From contig CAUJEN010000073.1 of assembly GCA_963169765.1 (NCBI GenBank), positions 10,932 to 74,931 of the forward strand: DNA of 64,000 nucleotides, given 5' to 3'. The translations under genes were made by a program, and so were the position numbers. This DNA is from Vulcanimicrobiota bacterium (GTDB lineage: Bacteria > Vulcanimicrobiota > Xenobia > Xenobiales > QWHO01). Below the pieces are notes generated by a model. The model was not told the origin of the DNA. It made no database searches and was given only the letters and a program-made list of their open reading frames with translations. This document shows, in pieces, positions 37,509-47,288 of this stretch; the first letter of the stretch is position 1; each line of letters opens with the position of its first letter.

Positions 37509-40184
37509 GTGGGGCGAGGGCGTTATCTGGCCATCAGCGCGCTGTTTCTGTTTTCCGGAGCAGCCGGCCTGATCTTGCAGCTCATCTGGGCCCGGCGCCT
37601 GGCCCTTGTCTTCGGCAGCACGGTCCACTCAACGTCCACCACCGCCTCCGCCTTTCTGCTGGGTCTGGGTGTAGGTGCCTACCTCGCCGGGCGCTACCTC
37701 ACCCGGCGCCCCAACCTGCTGGGCATCTTCGGTCTGTTGGAGCTGGGGGTGGGCGCCTCGGGCCTGGCGGTGACCTGGCTCATCCCCCAGATCGTGCCCC
37801 TGGCCGTTCAGCTGACCCGTACCCACCCCGACGAGGCGGTTTTCGGAGGACTTCGCTTCGCCATCGTCTTCGTCATGCTGATCGTGCCCTGCACCCTCAT
37901 GGGGGCCACCCTGCCCGTGCTGACCCACTTCCTGGTCTCTCAGGAGGGTCTCTTCGGGCCCATCCTGGCCAGGCTGTACACGGTGAACACGCTGGGCGGG
38001 GCCATCGGAGTCATGCTGGCCGACTTTGCCCTGGTGGGCCGGCTGGGGGTCTTCCAGACGGCGGTGGTGGCCGCTCTGTTCGACATGGCTGTTGGTCTTC
38101 TGGCCCTGCTGGCCTCCAGCCGGTTCCCTGGCCCCGCTGAGCAACCCGACGAGTCGCCCTCCGGCCGAGTGCCGCTCTCGCTCTCCTTGCTGCTGTTCGT
38201 CATCGGCTTCTGCGGGCTGGCGCTGGAGATTCTCTGGACGCGGCTGCTGGTGTTCGTGAACGGCACCGACATTCACGCCTTCTCGCTGGTGCTGGCGGTC
38301 TTTCTGGTGGGCCTGGTCGGGGGTGGATTCCTGGCCGGGCGCTACCTGCGCGCTCGATCCGAGGAGAGGGTTCTGGCCGCCCTGCTGGTGGCTCTGGGCT
38401 GGCTCAGCCTGGCGAGCCTGCTGACGGTCGCTTTCATGAGAAATCTCAGCCTGGCTCTGATCGGAATGCTTGGCATCGATGGCTCGCGGGTGGTGGTCAA
38501 CGCCCTGCTGGTGCTGCCCTGCGCGCTGGTGCTCGGGGCCCTGTTTCCGCTGATCAACTCGGCCCTCTACCGCCAGCTTCAATCGGCCGGCCCGGCGGTG
38601 GGACAGGCCTACGTCTGGAACACGGCCGGCAACATGCTGGGCTCATTGATGGCGGGATTCGTGCTCATCCCTCTGCTGGGGCTGCAGCGGAGCCTGTTGC
38701 TGGTGGCCCTGCTGGCAGGCATCGCGGGCCTTTGCTGGCAGCGCCGTCCGGCCCTCTGGGCGGCGGTGATCGCCCTGGCCTTCACCAGCCTGTTGCTGCC
38801 CGGGGATTACCTGCTGCGCCAGCTTTATGCCAGGGATTATCCCAACATCCTCTACCACGCCGAGGATCATCTCAGCTCGGTGGCCCTGGTCAAGCAGTGG
38901 AGCGAGCTCGAGCTCGACTCCAATCCCAACCTCATCGTGGACGGCTTCACGATGATGCACAACGACCTGCGCAGCAAACGCTACGCCACCATGCTGGGGC
39001 TGGTGCCGTGCACGCTGCATCCGGAGCCCAGAGAGGTTCTGGTGATCTGTCTGGGGCTGGCCAACACCCTGTCGGCCGTCACCCGCAACCCGCGGACCGA
39101 GCGAGTGGATTGCGTGGAGCTCTCGCCCAAGGTCAATGAGGCCATCCGGCTTTTGCCCTACGCCCGGGAAACGCTGGAAAGCGACAAGGTCAAGGTCCAC
39201 CTGGGGGACGGCCGCAACTACCTTCTGACCACCGACCGGCTCTATGACGTGATCACTGCCGAGCCGCCGCCACCTCGCAACGCCGGCATCGTGAGCCTCT
39301 ATTCGCGGGAATACTACCAGTTGTGTCGCAGCCGTCTCAAGCCGGGCGGGCTGGTGGCTCACTGGCTGCCCATCGGCCTGATGACCCGGTTCCAGGCCCG
39401 GGCAACCCTGCGCGCCTTTCAGGACGTCTTTCCTTACACCTACCTGTTTCAAGGCGAGGATCTGCACATCGTCATGCTGGGCTCGGATCGCGCTCTGGAC
39501 CTGCTCTCGGTGGACCTGCCTGGGGAGGCCTGGCTGGAGGAGTTGGGCCTGGCGCCAGGAGCGCTCTTCGCGGCCGCCTACCTGCGCGGGCCCGAGGAGG
39601 TGCGCAGGTATGTGGCCAACACCCCACCCCTGACCGACGATCACCCCTACCTCCAGTATGACCTGGGCCTGGAGGAGCCCGACTGGGAATTCTTCTTCTC
39701 CGGCTCACTGCCGTCTGAGCTCTGGACTCCCGAGACCAGGAAGGCCCAGGTGGCCCTGCGCACGCTGCCCCTGGTGGTGTGGACCCGTAGCGGCAACCCG
39801 CTGCTCGATCGCCTGGTGCAGCTCGAGGCCGCCCGGGCCGTGCTGAAGGGGTTTCCCGACAACGCTTATTTTCGGATGACCACGCGCACCAGTGAGCAGC
39901 ACCAGGCTCACTACCAGGGCCTGCCTGGAGCGGACGGGGCCTACAACCGCGCCCGCGTAGCCTTCAGTACGGGCGACTTCCCCACCGCGCTGCGCGAGAT
40001 CGACAGTCTGAAGGTGCCCGACAACCCCGAGCTGGCTCTCTTCTTGCAGCTGTTTCGAGCCCTGGTACTGACCGAGGCTGGCCGGCTGGAGGAGGCGGCG
40101 GCCCTCTACCAGGCCGCCTCCAGCCCGGACCCGCGCCTGGACGGCTACATCAAGAGCAAGAGAGGCTCGAGCAAGGCACCCTGA
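37509..40184 (+). CDS. Fused polytopic-membrane (MFS-like)/spermidine-synthase-like protein with C-terminal TPR repeats, paralog 2
   Basis: GTG start. N-terminal TM region alignable to paralog 1 (LFSGAAGLILQLIWARRLALVFGSTV...). Spermidine-synthase core (DVITAEPPPP ... SLYSREYY). TPR-like C-terminus. Confidence 0.75.
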   Translation: MGRGRYLAISALFLFSGAAGLILQLIWARRLALVFGSTVHSTSTTASAFLLGLGVGAYLAGRYLTRRPNLLGIFGLLELGVGASGLAVTWLIPQIVPLAVQLTRTHPDEAVFGGLRFAIVFVMLIVPCTLMGATLPVLTHFLVSQEGLFGPILARLYTVNTLGGAIGVMLADFALVGRLGVFQTAVVAALFDMAVGLLALLASSRFPGPAEQPDESPSGRVPLSLSLLLFVIGFCGLALEILWTRLLVFVNGTDIHAFSLVLAVFLVGLVGGGFLAGRYLRARSEERVLAALLVALGWLSLASLLTVAFMRNLSLALIGMLGIDGSRVVVNALLVLPCALVLGALFPLINSALYRQLQSAGPAVGQAYVWNTAGNMLGSLMAGFVLIPLLGLQRSLLLVALLAGIAGLCWQRRPALWAAVIALAFTSLLLPGDYLLRQLYARDYPNILYHAEDHLSSVALVKQWSELELDSNPNLIVDGFTMMHNDLRSKRYATMLGLVPCTLHPEPREVLVICLGLANTLSAVTRNPRTERVDCVELSPKVNEAIRLLPYARETLESDKVKVHLGDGRNYLLTTDRLYDVITAEPPPPRNAGIVSLYSREYYQLCRSRLKPGGLVAHWLPIGLMTRFQARATLRAFQDVFPYTYLFQGEDLHIVMLGSDRALDLLSVDLPGEAWLEELGLAPGALFAAAYLRGPEEVRRYVANTPPLTDDHPYLQYDLGLEEPDWEFFFSGSLPSELWTPETRKAQVALRTLPLVVWTRSGNPLLDRLVQLEAARAVLKGFPDNAYFRMTTRTSEQHQAHYQGLPGADGAYNRARVAFSTGDFPTALREIDSLKVPDNPELALFLQLFRALVLTEAGRLEEAAALYQAASSPDPRLDGYIKSKRGSSKAP

Positions 40185-40579
40185 TCGGTTCGGGGGGCAG
40201 GCAAGGCAAGGTCTCAAGCAGAACAGATTCTTCGTCTTCGTGCTGCCCTGGCTGGTGATGCTGGGGTGGCTGCGGTGATCTGTTCAGCAACGGCCGGATG
40301 ATGGTCACCTCGACCTACCTCTACTGGCGGTGGTATCACTCATGTGCTCGCAATTTGGTCTTGCAAATCAGCACAATCAGACGAATGCGCCAGAGCTACG
40401 GCCTCTCGCGCATCGACCAGCGCAAGGGTCCGCCGGTGGGCCGACTGGACGACTGGACATCTACCTGCTCGGCACAGGCTCGGTCTTGCCTGCTTTGAGA
40501 CAGGCGAAGAGAAATTGACACATTCAATGATGCGAGAGCTCGAGGAAAACTTTCCTCCGGCTGGCCGGTTCCACCTGGC

Positions 40580-41506
40580 ATGAGGAAGAAAGCCCGCCTC
40601 CTGCTTCTCCTTGTCTGCCTGGTCGCAACAGCAGCGGTCTGGGCCAAACGAGACGACGGTCTCCTGGAGGGCAAACTGACGGTGGATGGGCGCGAGCGCA
40701 CCTATCGCCTGACCCTTCCGGCGAACCTGGAGCCCGGCCGACCGGTTCCGCTGGTGCTGGTCTTCCACGGTGGAGGCGGCAACGCGCGCCAGATGGCCCG
40801 CCACACAGGTTTCCCCAAACTGGCCCGGCAGGAGGGCTTCATCGCCGTCTTTCCGGATGGCTGGAAGAAGAACTGGAACGATGGCCGTGAGGACTTCAAA
40901 GTACCCACCTTCACCGAGAACGTGGACGATCTGGCCTTCATCCGGGCCCTGCTCGACGAGCTTACCGCCAAATATCCCGTAGACGCTCAACGCATCTACG
41001 CCACCGGCATCTCCAACGGGGGTATCTTCTCCCACTTTCTGGCCGCGCGGATGGCCGACCGCATCCGAGCCGCCGCTCCCGTGGTGGGAGGCATGGCCGA
41101 GCCGGTGGCGGCCTCCTTTGCACCTTCTCGCCCGGTGTCGCTGCTCATCATTCAAGGGACGGACGATCCGCTGGTGCCCTACGCCGGAGGTGGGATCGGA
41201 TTTCGGGGCGAGCGGGGTCGGATCGTCTCCACCCAGAAAGCGCTCGAGCTCTGGCGCGCGGTCGATGGATGCCAGGACCAGGCCAGCAGCCATGAGTTGC
41301 CGGACCTCGACCCCGGGGATGGTTGCCGGGTGACCTGCTCATCATGGAGCGGAATCGACGGTACGGAGGTGGTCCTCTACACCGTCCAGGGGGGCGGTCA
41401 CGGCTGGCCGGGCGCCTCGCAGTACCTGCCCCGGCGCACCATCGGCACAGTCTGCCGGGACTTCGAGGCCACCAGGGTCATCTGGGAATTCTTCAAGTCT
41501 CACTGA
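40580..41506 (+). CDS. Secreted alpha/beta-hydrolase esterase, PHB-depolymerase (LpqC-like) family
   Basis: Signal peptide, then LVLVFHGGGGNARQMARHTGF ... GISNGG (GxSxG nucleophile elbow) ... GTDDPLVPY pattern of esterase/PHB depolymerase family. Confidence 0.7.
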   Translation: MRKKARLLLLLVCLVATAAVWAKRDDGLLEGKLTVDGRERTYRLTLPANLEPGRPVPLVLVFHGGGGNARQMARHTGFPKLARQEGFIAVFPDGWKKNWNDGREDFKVPTFTENVDDLAFIRALLDELTAKYPVDAQRIYATGISNGGIFSHFLAARMADRIRAAAPVVGGMAEPVAASFAPSRPVSLLIIQGTDDPLVPYAGGGIGFRGERGRIVSTQKALELWRAVDGCQDQASSHELPDLDPGDGCRVTCSSWSGIDGTEVVLYTVQGGGHGWPGASQYLPRRTIGTVCRDFEATRVIWEFFKSH

Positions 41507-41599
41507 GACGGGACTGGACTGGACCCTGTTGGAGGACCCTCTCGGCCCGTAAGAGAATGCACGCCCGCGCGTCCCATTCCCCGATCGGAGCTTTGTGCC

Positions 41600-43165
41600 A
41601 TGCTGAAATTCAAAGTCACTTACGCCACCTTGACGGCTGATAATACCGAGTTGCACGCCCAGCTCGACGAAGCCTTTGCCCGCGTCAAGGGCCAGTTCGG
41701 CAAGGAGTTTCCCCTGCTCATCAACGGCCAGCAGAAGACCGGCCAGGAGACCATCTCCAGCTTCAGTCCGGCAGATTCCGGCGTGCTTCTCGGCAAAGTG
41801 CACGCCGCCACCGAGGCTGACGTGAAAGAGGCCGTGGCTGCCGCCAGAGCGGCCTACCCCGCCTGGCGCCGGACCCCCTGGCAGGAGCGCTGCCGATTGC
41901 TCGAGCGAGCCGCCGAGATCATCCGCGAGCGCTCCTACGAGCTGACCGCGTGGCTGGTTTTCGAGAACGGCAAGAACCGGGTCGAGGCTCTGGGCGAGAT
42001 CGAGGAGACGGCTGACCTCTACGATTACTACGCCCAGCAGATGCGGGCCAACGACGGGTTCGTGCGCGAGATGAGCAAGCTCTCGCCGGCCGACAGCAAC
42101 ACCAGCGTGCTGCGCCCCTACGGCGTGTGGGCCGTGGTAGCTCCCTTCAACTTCCCATACGCCCTGCTGGGCGCGCCCATGGCGGCCGCGCTGGTGGCGG
42201 GCAACACGGTGGTGGGCAAGCCCTCCTCCGAGACCCCCATCTCGGGCGCCCTGCTCGCCGAGATCTTCCACCAGGCCGGCTTCCCGGCCGGGGTGGTCAA
42301 CCTGGTGGCAGGCGGCGGCCGGGTGGTGGGCAAGACCCTGGTCGAGCACCCGGACGTGGACGGCGTGACCTTCACCGGGTCCTATGACGTTGGCTTCAAG
42401 CAACTGTTCAAGAGCTTCAGCCAGCGCTATCCCAAGCCGTGCATCGCCGAGATGGGCGGCAAGAACCCGGCCGTGATCACCCAGCACGCCGATCTCGACC
42501 GGGCCGTGCAGGGCGTCTTCCGCTCGGCCTTCGGGATGGGCGGCCAGAAGTGCTCGGCCTGCTCGCGCGTCTTCGTGCACGAGGAGGTGGCCGACAAGTT
42601 CCTGGCCGCGCTCAAGGAGATGGCCGAGAAGGCGGTGATCGGCGATCCCAGCGACAAAAACGTCTTCTTGGGACCGGTGGGCCTGAGATCCGGCTATGAG
42701 GACTACAAACGCTTCGCCGAGCTGGCCCGCAAGGACGGCACGGTGGTCACCGGCGCCGAGGTCATCAGCGAGGGACCGCTGTCGAAGGGCTACTTCGTCA
42801 AGCCCACCATCGTGACCGACCTGCCCTCCGACCACGAGCTGGTCAAGACCGAGCTCTTCTTGCCCATCGTGGTGGTAGAGCGGGTCAAGAGCCTGGACGA
42901 GGGCCTGCGCAGAGCCAATGATACCGACCTGGGCCTGACGGCAGGGTTCTTCAGCCAGCGTCAAGACGAGGTGGACGAGTTCCTTGACCGCATCGAAGCC
43001 GGCGTGGTCTACGTCAATCGCGCCGCCGGAGCCACTACCGGCGCCTGGCCGGGCGTGCAGCCGTTCGGGGGCTGGAAGGGGTCGGGTTCCACCGGCAAGA
43101 ATATCGGCGGGCTTTACACCGTGCAGTGCTATCTGCGCGAGCAGAGCCGCACCATCACCTCCTAG
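41600..43165 (+). CDS. L-glutamate gamma-semialdehyde (1-pyrroline-5-carboxylate) dehydrogenase, aldehyde dehydrogenase family
   Basis: N-terminus MLKFKVTYATLTADN and length (521 aa) match stand-alone RocA/PruA-type P5CDH. ALDH catalytic motifs EMGGKNP and FGMGGQKCSACSR. Confidence 0.85.
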   Translation: MLKFKVTYATLTADNTELHAQLDEAFARVKGQFGKEFPLLINGQQKTGQETISSFSPADSGVLLGKVHAATEADVKEAVAAARAAYPAWRRTPWQERCRLLERAAEIIRERSYELTAWLVFENGKNRVEALGEIEETADLYDYYAQQMRANDGFVREMSKLSPADSNTSVLRPYGVWAVVAPFNFPYALLGAPMAAALVAGNTVVGKPSSETPISGALLAEIFHQAGFPAGVVNLVAGGGRVVGKTLVEHPDVDGVTFTGSYDVGFKQLFKSFSQRYPKPCIAEMGGKNPAVITQHADLDRAVQGVFRSAFGMGGQKCSACSRVFVHEEVADKFLAALKEMAEKAVIGDPSDKNVFLGPVGLRSGYEDYKRFAELARKDGTVVTGAEVISEGPLSKGYFVKPTIVTDLPSDHELVKTELFLPIVVVERVKSLDEGLRRANDTDLGLTAGFFSQRQDEVDEFLDRIEAGVVYVNRAAGATTGAWPGVQPFGGWKGSGSTGKNIGGLYTVQCYLREQSRTITS

Positions 43166-43176
43166 AAAGCTGCACG

Positions 43177-44457
43177 ATGATGTCTGAAGTCATGGATCTC
43201 GCAACCCATCCCATCCTGCTGCGCACCGAGCTGCCCGGACCTCTGGCAAAGGCGGCCATCGAGCGCGACAAGCAGCACATGTCGCCCTCGCTCATCCACT
43301 GCTATCCGCTCTACGTCAAGAAGGCGGCCGGCTGCATGGTGGAGGACCTGGACGGCAACATCCTGCTCGACTGTCAGGCGGGGGTGGCCACCGCCTCGAC
43401 CGGCCACTGCCATCCGGCCGTGGCGGCTGCCGTCAAGGAGCAGGTGGACACCCTGATCCACATCTGCGGCACCGACTTCTTCTACCCCGGCTATGGGGCG
43501 CTCTGCGACCGGCTTGACCGGCTCGCTCCCAAGGTGGACAACGGCTGGCAGGTATTCTTGTCCAACTCGGGCACCGAGTCGGTGGAGGCGGCCATCAAGC
43601 TGACCCGCTACCACACGGGCCGACACCACATGATCGCCTTCCGGGGCGGGTTCCACGGACGCTCCATGGGCTCGCTCTCGCTCACGGCCAGCAAAACCAA
43701 GTATCGCAAGGGCTTCGGGCCGCTCATCCCGGGCATTCACCACGTGGAATATGGTGACATCGAAGCCATCGAGAAGGGGCTGTTCCGCTCCACCCTGCCG
43801 GCCAACGAGGTGGCTGCCATCGTCGTGGAGCCGATCCTGGGCGAGGGCGGCTACATCGTGCCAGACAAGAGCTTCTTGCTCGAGCTGCGCGAGATGTGCG
43901 ACGAGCACGGCATCCTGCTGGTGTTCGACGAGGTGCAGGCGGGCATGGGACGCACCGGCAAGATGTTCGCCTGCGAGCACTTCGCCGTCACGCCCGATGT
44001 GATCTTGCTGGCCAAGGGCATCGCCTCGGGCTTCCCGCTGGGAGCCATGATGGCCCGCAAGGAGTTCATGACCTGGCCGGCCGGATCGCACGGCTCTACC
44101 TGCGGCGGCAACCCGGTCTGCATCGCCGCCGCCATGGCCACTCTGGACCTGTTGGAGGGCTCGCTCGTCAAGAACGCCGCCGAGGTGGGCGCTTTCTTTA
44201 AGAATGCTCTGCACGACAGACTGACCTCCAATCCCATCGTTAAGGACGTGCGCGGACTGGGGCTGATGCTGGGGGTGGAGTTTGATACCCACGAGCATTC
44301 CGAGCGGGTCGCCAACCGCTGTTACGAGCGGGGCCTGCTGGTTCTCGAGTGCGGGGCCAGCACCATCCGCATCTCCCCGCCTCTGGTCATCACCCGCGGG
44401 CAGGCCCAGGTGGCCGCCGACCTCTTCGCCCAGGTGTGCCAGGAGGTGGCCGCCTGA
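43177..44457 (+). CDS. Class-III (omega) aminotransferase, PLP-dependent (GABA/ornithine aminotransferase-like)
   Basis: ATGATG start. SNSGTESVEAAIKL and the DEVQAGMGRTGKMFA PLP-lysine region. Confidence 0.85.
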   Translation: MMSEVMDLATHPILLRTELPGPLAKAAIERDKQHMSPSLIHCYPLYVKKAAGCMVEDLDGNILLDCQAGVATASTGHCHPAVAAAVKEQVDTLIHICGTDFFYPGYGALCDRLDRLAPKVDNGWQVFLSNSGTESVEAAIKLTRYHTGRHHMIAFRGGFHGRSMGSLSLTASKTKYRKGFGPLIPGIHHVEYGDIEAIEKGLFRSTLPANEVAAIVVEPILGEGGYIVPDKSFLLELREMCDEHGILLVFDEVQAGMGRTGKMFACEHFAVTPDVILLAKGIASGFPLGAMMARKEFMTWPAGSHGSTCGGNPVCIAAAMATLDLLEGSLVKNAAEVGAFFKNALHDRLTSNPIVKDVRGLGLMLGVEFDTHEHSERVANRCYERGLLVLECGASTIRISPPLVITRGQAQVAADLFAQVCQEVAA

Positions 44458-45728
44458 GCGAGCTGGTCACCCGCCAGTCCGAGCGGGTCTTCTTCACCTG
44501 GACGGCCCAGAAGAAGGCGGCTCCGCTCGAGATCATCGGCGGCGAAGGGGCCCGCTTCGAGACGGCCGACGGGGCCTGGTGGTGGGACCTGGGCAGCACG
44601 ACCTGGAACGCCAATCTGGGCCACGGACATCCGGCCATGCGCGCGGCTCTGACCGAGGCAGCCTCGCGCGGCCTGGTGGCCGGGCCCGCCGCCGTCTTCC
44701 CGGACAAAGCCCGGGCAGGCGAGCTGCTGGCCGAGGTGTCCCCGCCCGGATTGAGCAAGAGCTTTCTCTGCCTGTCGGGGGCCGAGGCCAACGAGAATGC
44801 CATCAAGATCGCCCGGCTCGTGACCGGGCGCTCCAAAGTGGTCAGCCGCACTCGCAGCTACCATGGCGCGACCCTGGCCGCCCTCTCCATCTCGGGCGAC
44901 CCGCGGCGCGAGCCCTTCGAGCCGGGCTATCCCGGGGTGGTGCGCATGACCGATCCTTACTGCTACCGCTGCAGCTTTGGCCTGGCCAGCGACACGTGCC
45001 AGCGCGAGTGTGCTCAGGATCTGGAGCGAGCGCTGCTCGAGGCCGGCCCGGAGACGGTGGCGGCGGTGATTGTCGAAGGCGTGACCGGGGCCAACGGGGT
45101 CTTCCCCGCGCCTCCCGGCTATTTTACCCGCCTGCGCGAGCTGTGCGACCGCTACGGAGTGCTCTTGATCGCCGACGAGGTGCTGTCTGGCTTCGGCCGC
45201 ACGGGCAAGTGGTTTGCAGTGGACCACGAGCCGGTCGTGCCCGACCTTCTGACCTGCGCCAAGGGGCTCACCGGGGGTTACGCGCCCGGAGGCGCGGTGG
45301 TGGTGCACGAGCGCATCGCCAGGCATTTCGACGAGGAGGTGCTCTTGTGCGGGCTGACCGCCTATGCCCACCCCCTCACCTGCACCGCCATCCGGGCCGC
45401 CATCGGGACCTACCGGGCCGACAACTTGATCGAGCGGGCCGCGCAACTTGGCCAGTGGCTGGGAGGGCGTCTTGCGAGCCTGCTGCAGCGGCCCTGCGTC
45501 GGTGACGTGCGCGGCCTGGGCCTCCTGTGGGCGGTCGAGCTGGTGCGCCCCGGCACCCGAGAGCCGCTGGACGCGACCGGGGTCTACAACGCTTTGAAAA
45601 AGCGCCGGGTGTATACCCACCGGCGCGACAACATGATCTACCTGGCGCCTCCGCTGGTGATCGGCCAGGAGCAGCTCGACGAGGTCGTCGGGCTGCTCGA
45701 GCAGGCGCTGGACGAAGGGACAGCATGA
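44436..45728 (+). CDS. Class-III aminotransferase, second paralog (beta-alanine/taurine-pyruvate transaminase-like)
   Basis: GHGHP ... SGAEANENAIKIAR ... ADEVLSGFGRTGKWFA motifs. Start uncertain (GTG 44436 or CTG 44454) and overlaps the upstream stop. Confidence 0.8.
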   Translation: MPGGGRLSELVTRQSERVFFTWTAQKKAAPLEIIGGEGARFETADGAWWWDLGSTTWNANLGHGHPAMRAALTEAASRGLVAGPAAVFPDKARAGELLAEVSPPGLSKSFLCLSGAEANENAIKIARLVTGRSKVVSRTRSYHGATLAALSISGDPRREPFEPGYPGVVRMTDPYCYRCSFGLASDTCQRECAQDLERALLEAGPETVAAVIVEGVTGANGVFPAPPGYFTRLRELCDRYGVLLIADEVLSGFGRTGKWFAVDHEPVVPDLLTCAKGLTGGYAPGGAVVVHERIARHFDEEVLLCGLTAYAHPLTCTAIRAAIGTYRADNLIERAAQLGQWLGGRLASLLQRPCVGDVRGLGLLWAVELVRPGTREPLDATGVYNALKKRRVYTHRRDNMIYLAPPLVIGQEQLDEVVGLLEQALDEGTA

Positions 45729-46423
45729 AAGTCGTCAAGGACGCCCGCGAGGCCCTGCAGGGGCTGGAGTCGGGCATGAGCGTGATGTCCGGGGGCTTCG
45801 GCCTGTGCGGCAACCCCGAGCAGTGCATCAAGACCCTGGCCGAAAGCGGGATCAAGGACCTCACCATCATCAGCAACAACTGTGGCAACCAGGGCCGTGG
45901 CCTGGCGGCCCTGCTGCAGAATCGCCAGGTCTCCAAAGTGATCTGCAGCTTCATCGGGGGCAATCCCGATCTGGCCACCCAGTACCTGGCCGGCGAGGTG
46001 CAGGTCGAGCTCAACCCGCAGGGCACCCTGGCCGAGCGCATCCGGGCCGGCGGGGCCGGGCTGGGGGGCTTCTTCACCCCCACCGGGGTGGGTACGGCTG
46101 TGGCCGATGGCAAGGAGCTGCGAGAGATCGACGGGCGCCTGTATCTGTTCGAGAAGCCCCTCAAGGCCGACTTCGCCCTGGTGCGAGCAGCCGTGGGGGA
46201 CAAGCTCGGCAACCTGCGCTTTTACCGAACCTCGCGCAACTTCAATCCCCTGATGGCCATGGCCGCCCGGGTGACCGTGGCCGAGGTGGACACTCTCGTG
46301 GAGGTGGGCGAGCTGGACCCGGACGACATCCACCTGCCAGGACTTTTCGTCGACCGCATCTTTGAAGCGAGCCACGAAAACCCCATCGAGCACCGCACGG
46401 TGCGGACCAGGGAGGCCAGATGA
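45725..46423 (+). CDS. 3-oxoacid CoA-transferase subunit A
   Basis: ATGA overlap with upstream stop. MKVV ... GMSVMSGGFGLCGNPE ... signature of ScoA/AtoD. Confidence 0.85.
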   Translation: MKVVKDAREALQGLESGMSVMSGGFGLCGNPEQCIKTLAESGIKDLTIISNNCGNQGRGLAALLQNRQVSKVICSFIGGNPDLATQYLAGEVQVELNPQGTLAERIRAGGAGLGGFFTPTGVGTAVADGKELREIDGRLYLFEKPLKADFALVRAAVGDKLGNLRFYRTSRNFNPLMAMAARVTVAEVDTLVEVGELDPDDIHLPGLFVDRIFEASHENPIEHRTVRTREAR

Positions 46424-47055
46424 GCTGGAGTCGAGAGGAGCAAGCCCGGCGCGCCGGGGCCGAGCTGAAGGACGGAGACATCGTCAACCTGGGCATCGGC
46501 CTGCCCACCGAGGTGGCCAACTACGTGCCCCGGGGCATCCAGGTGATGTTTCACTCCGAGAACGGGCTGCTGGGGATGGGGCCGTTCCCTTACGAGGACG
46601 AGCTCGATCCGCAGATCATCAATGCCGGCAAACAGACCGTGACCCTGGCGCCGGGCGCCAGCCTGTTTGATTCGGCCCTTTCCTTTGCCATGATCCGGGG
46701 GGGTCACGTGGACGTGGCCATCCTGGGCGGGCTGGAGGTGGCCCAGAACGGCGACCTGGCCAACTGGATGATCCCCGGTAAGATGGTCACCGGCATGGGG
46801 GGCGCCATGGATCTGGCCGGCGGCGCCAAGAAGACGCTGGTCATGCAGACCCACACCTCCAAGACGGGTGAGAGCAAGCTGATGGATCGGCTCAGCCTGC
46901 CCCCCACCGCGCTGGGCTGCGTCAACCGCGTGATCACCGAGCTGGGTGTGTTCGACTGCTGCGGGGACCACTTTCTGTGTCTGGAGCTGGCTCCCGGGGT
47001 CAGCCGCGAGGAGGCTGTGGCCAGGACGAAAGGCGAGCTGCGGTTCGCAGGATAA
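46420..47055 (+). CDS. 3-oxoacid CoA-transferase subunit B
   Basis: Overlapping start. IVNLGIGLPT ... SENG (catalytic Glu region) of ScoB/AtoA. Confidence 0.85.
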   Translation: MSWSREEQARRAGAELKDGDIVNLGIGLPTEVANYVPRGIQVMFHSENGLLGMGPFPYEDELDPQIINAGKQTVTLAPGASLFDSALSFAMIRGGHVDVAILGGLEVAQNGDLANWMIPGKMVTGMGGAMDLAGGAKKTLVMQTHTSKTGESKLMDRLSLPPTALGCVNRVITELGVFDCCGDHFLCLELAPGVSREEAVARTKGELRFAG

Positions 47056-47288
47056 GAACTGGGGCCATGGTGCCTTGCAGAGTTGACGGCTTCTGCGTGA
47101 GCTGACACCGAGCGTGTCGACTTTGGGCAACATCTTCTCGATCGTCAGGCTGAAATGGCAACGACGATTGAGGTCTACCGAAAAATCCAGGGCGACCACT
47201 TTCGGCTCGCCAGCCTGCCGCCCTGACTTTCGGAGGCTTTTCAGAGTTTGGCTTTAAGCTGATTGCAACACAAACAGGGAGGGTCACC

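Noticed and set aside
36216-37628. 470-aa minus-strand ORF, and other long antisense ORFs (17216-18496 -, 22420-23274 -, 19928-20686 -, 55063-56532 +)
   Set aside because: Each overlaps, on the opposite strand, a gene with recognisable domain motifs, and shows Arg/Gly/Pro-dominated composition. GC-driven stop-codon depletion explains them.
41342-42964. 540-aa minus-strand ORF
   Set aside because: Antisense to the P5C dehydrogenase gene, which has full ALDH motifs. No domain signal of its own.
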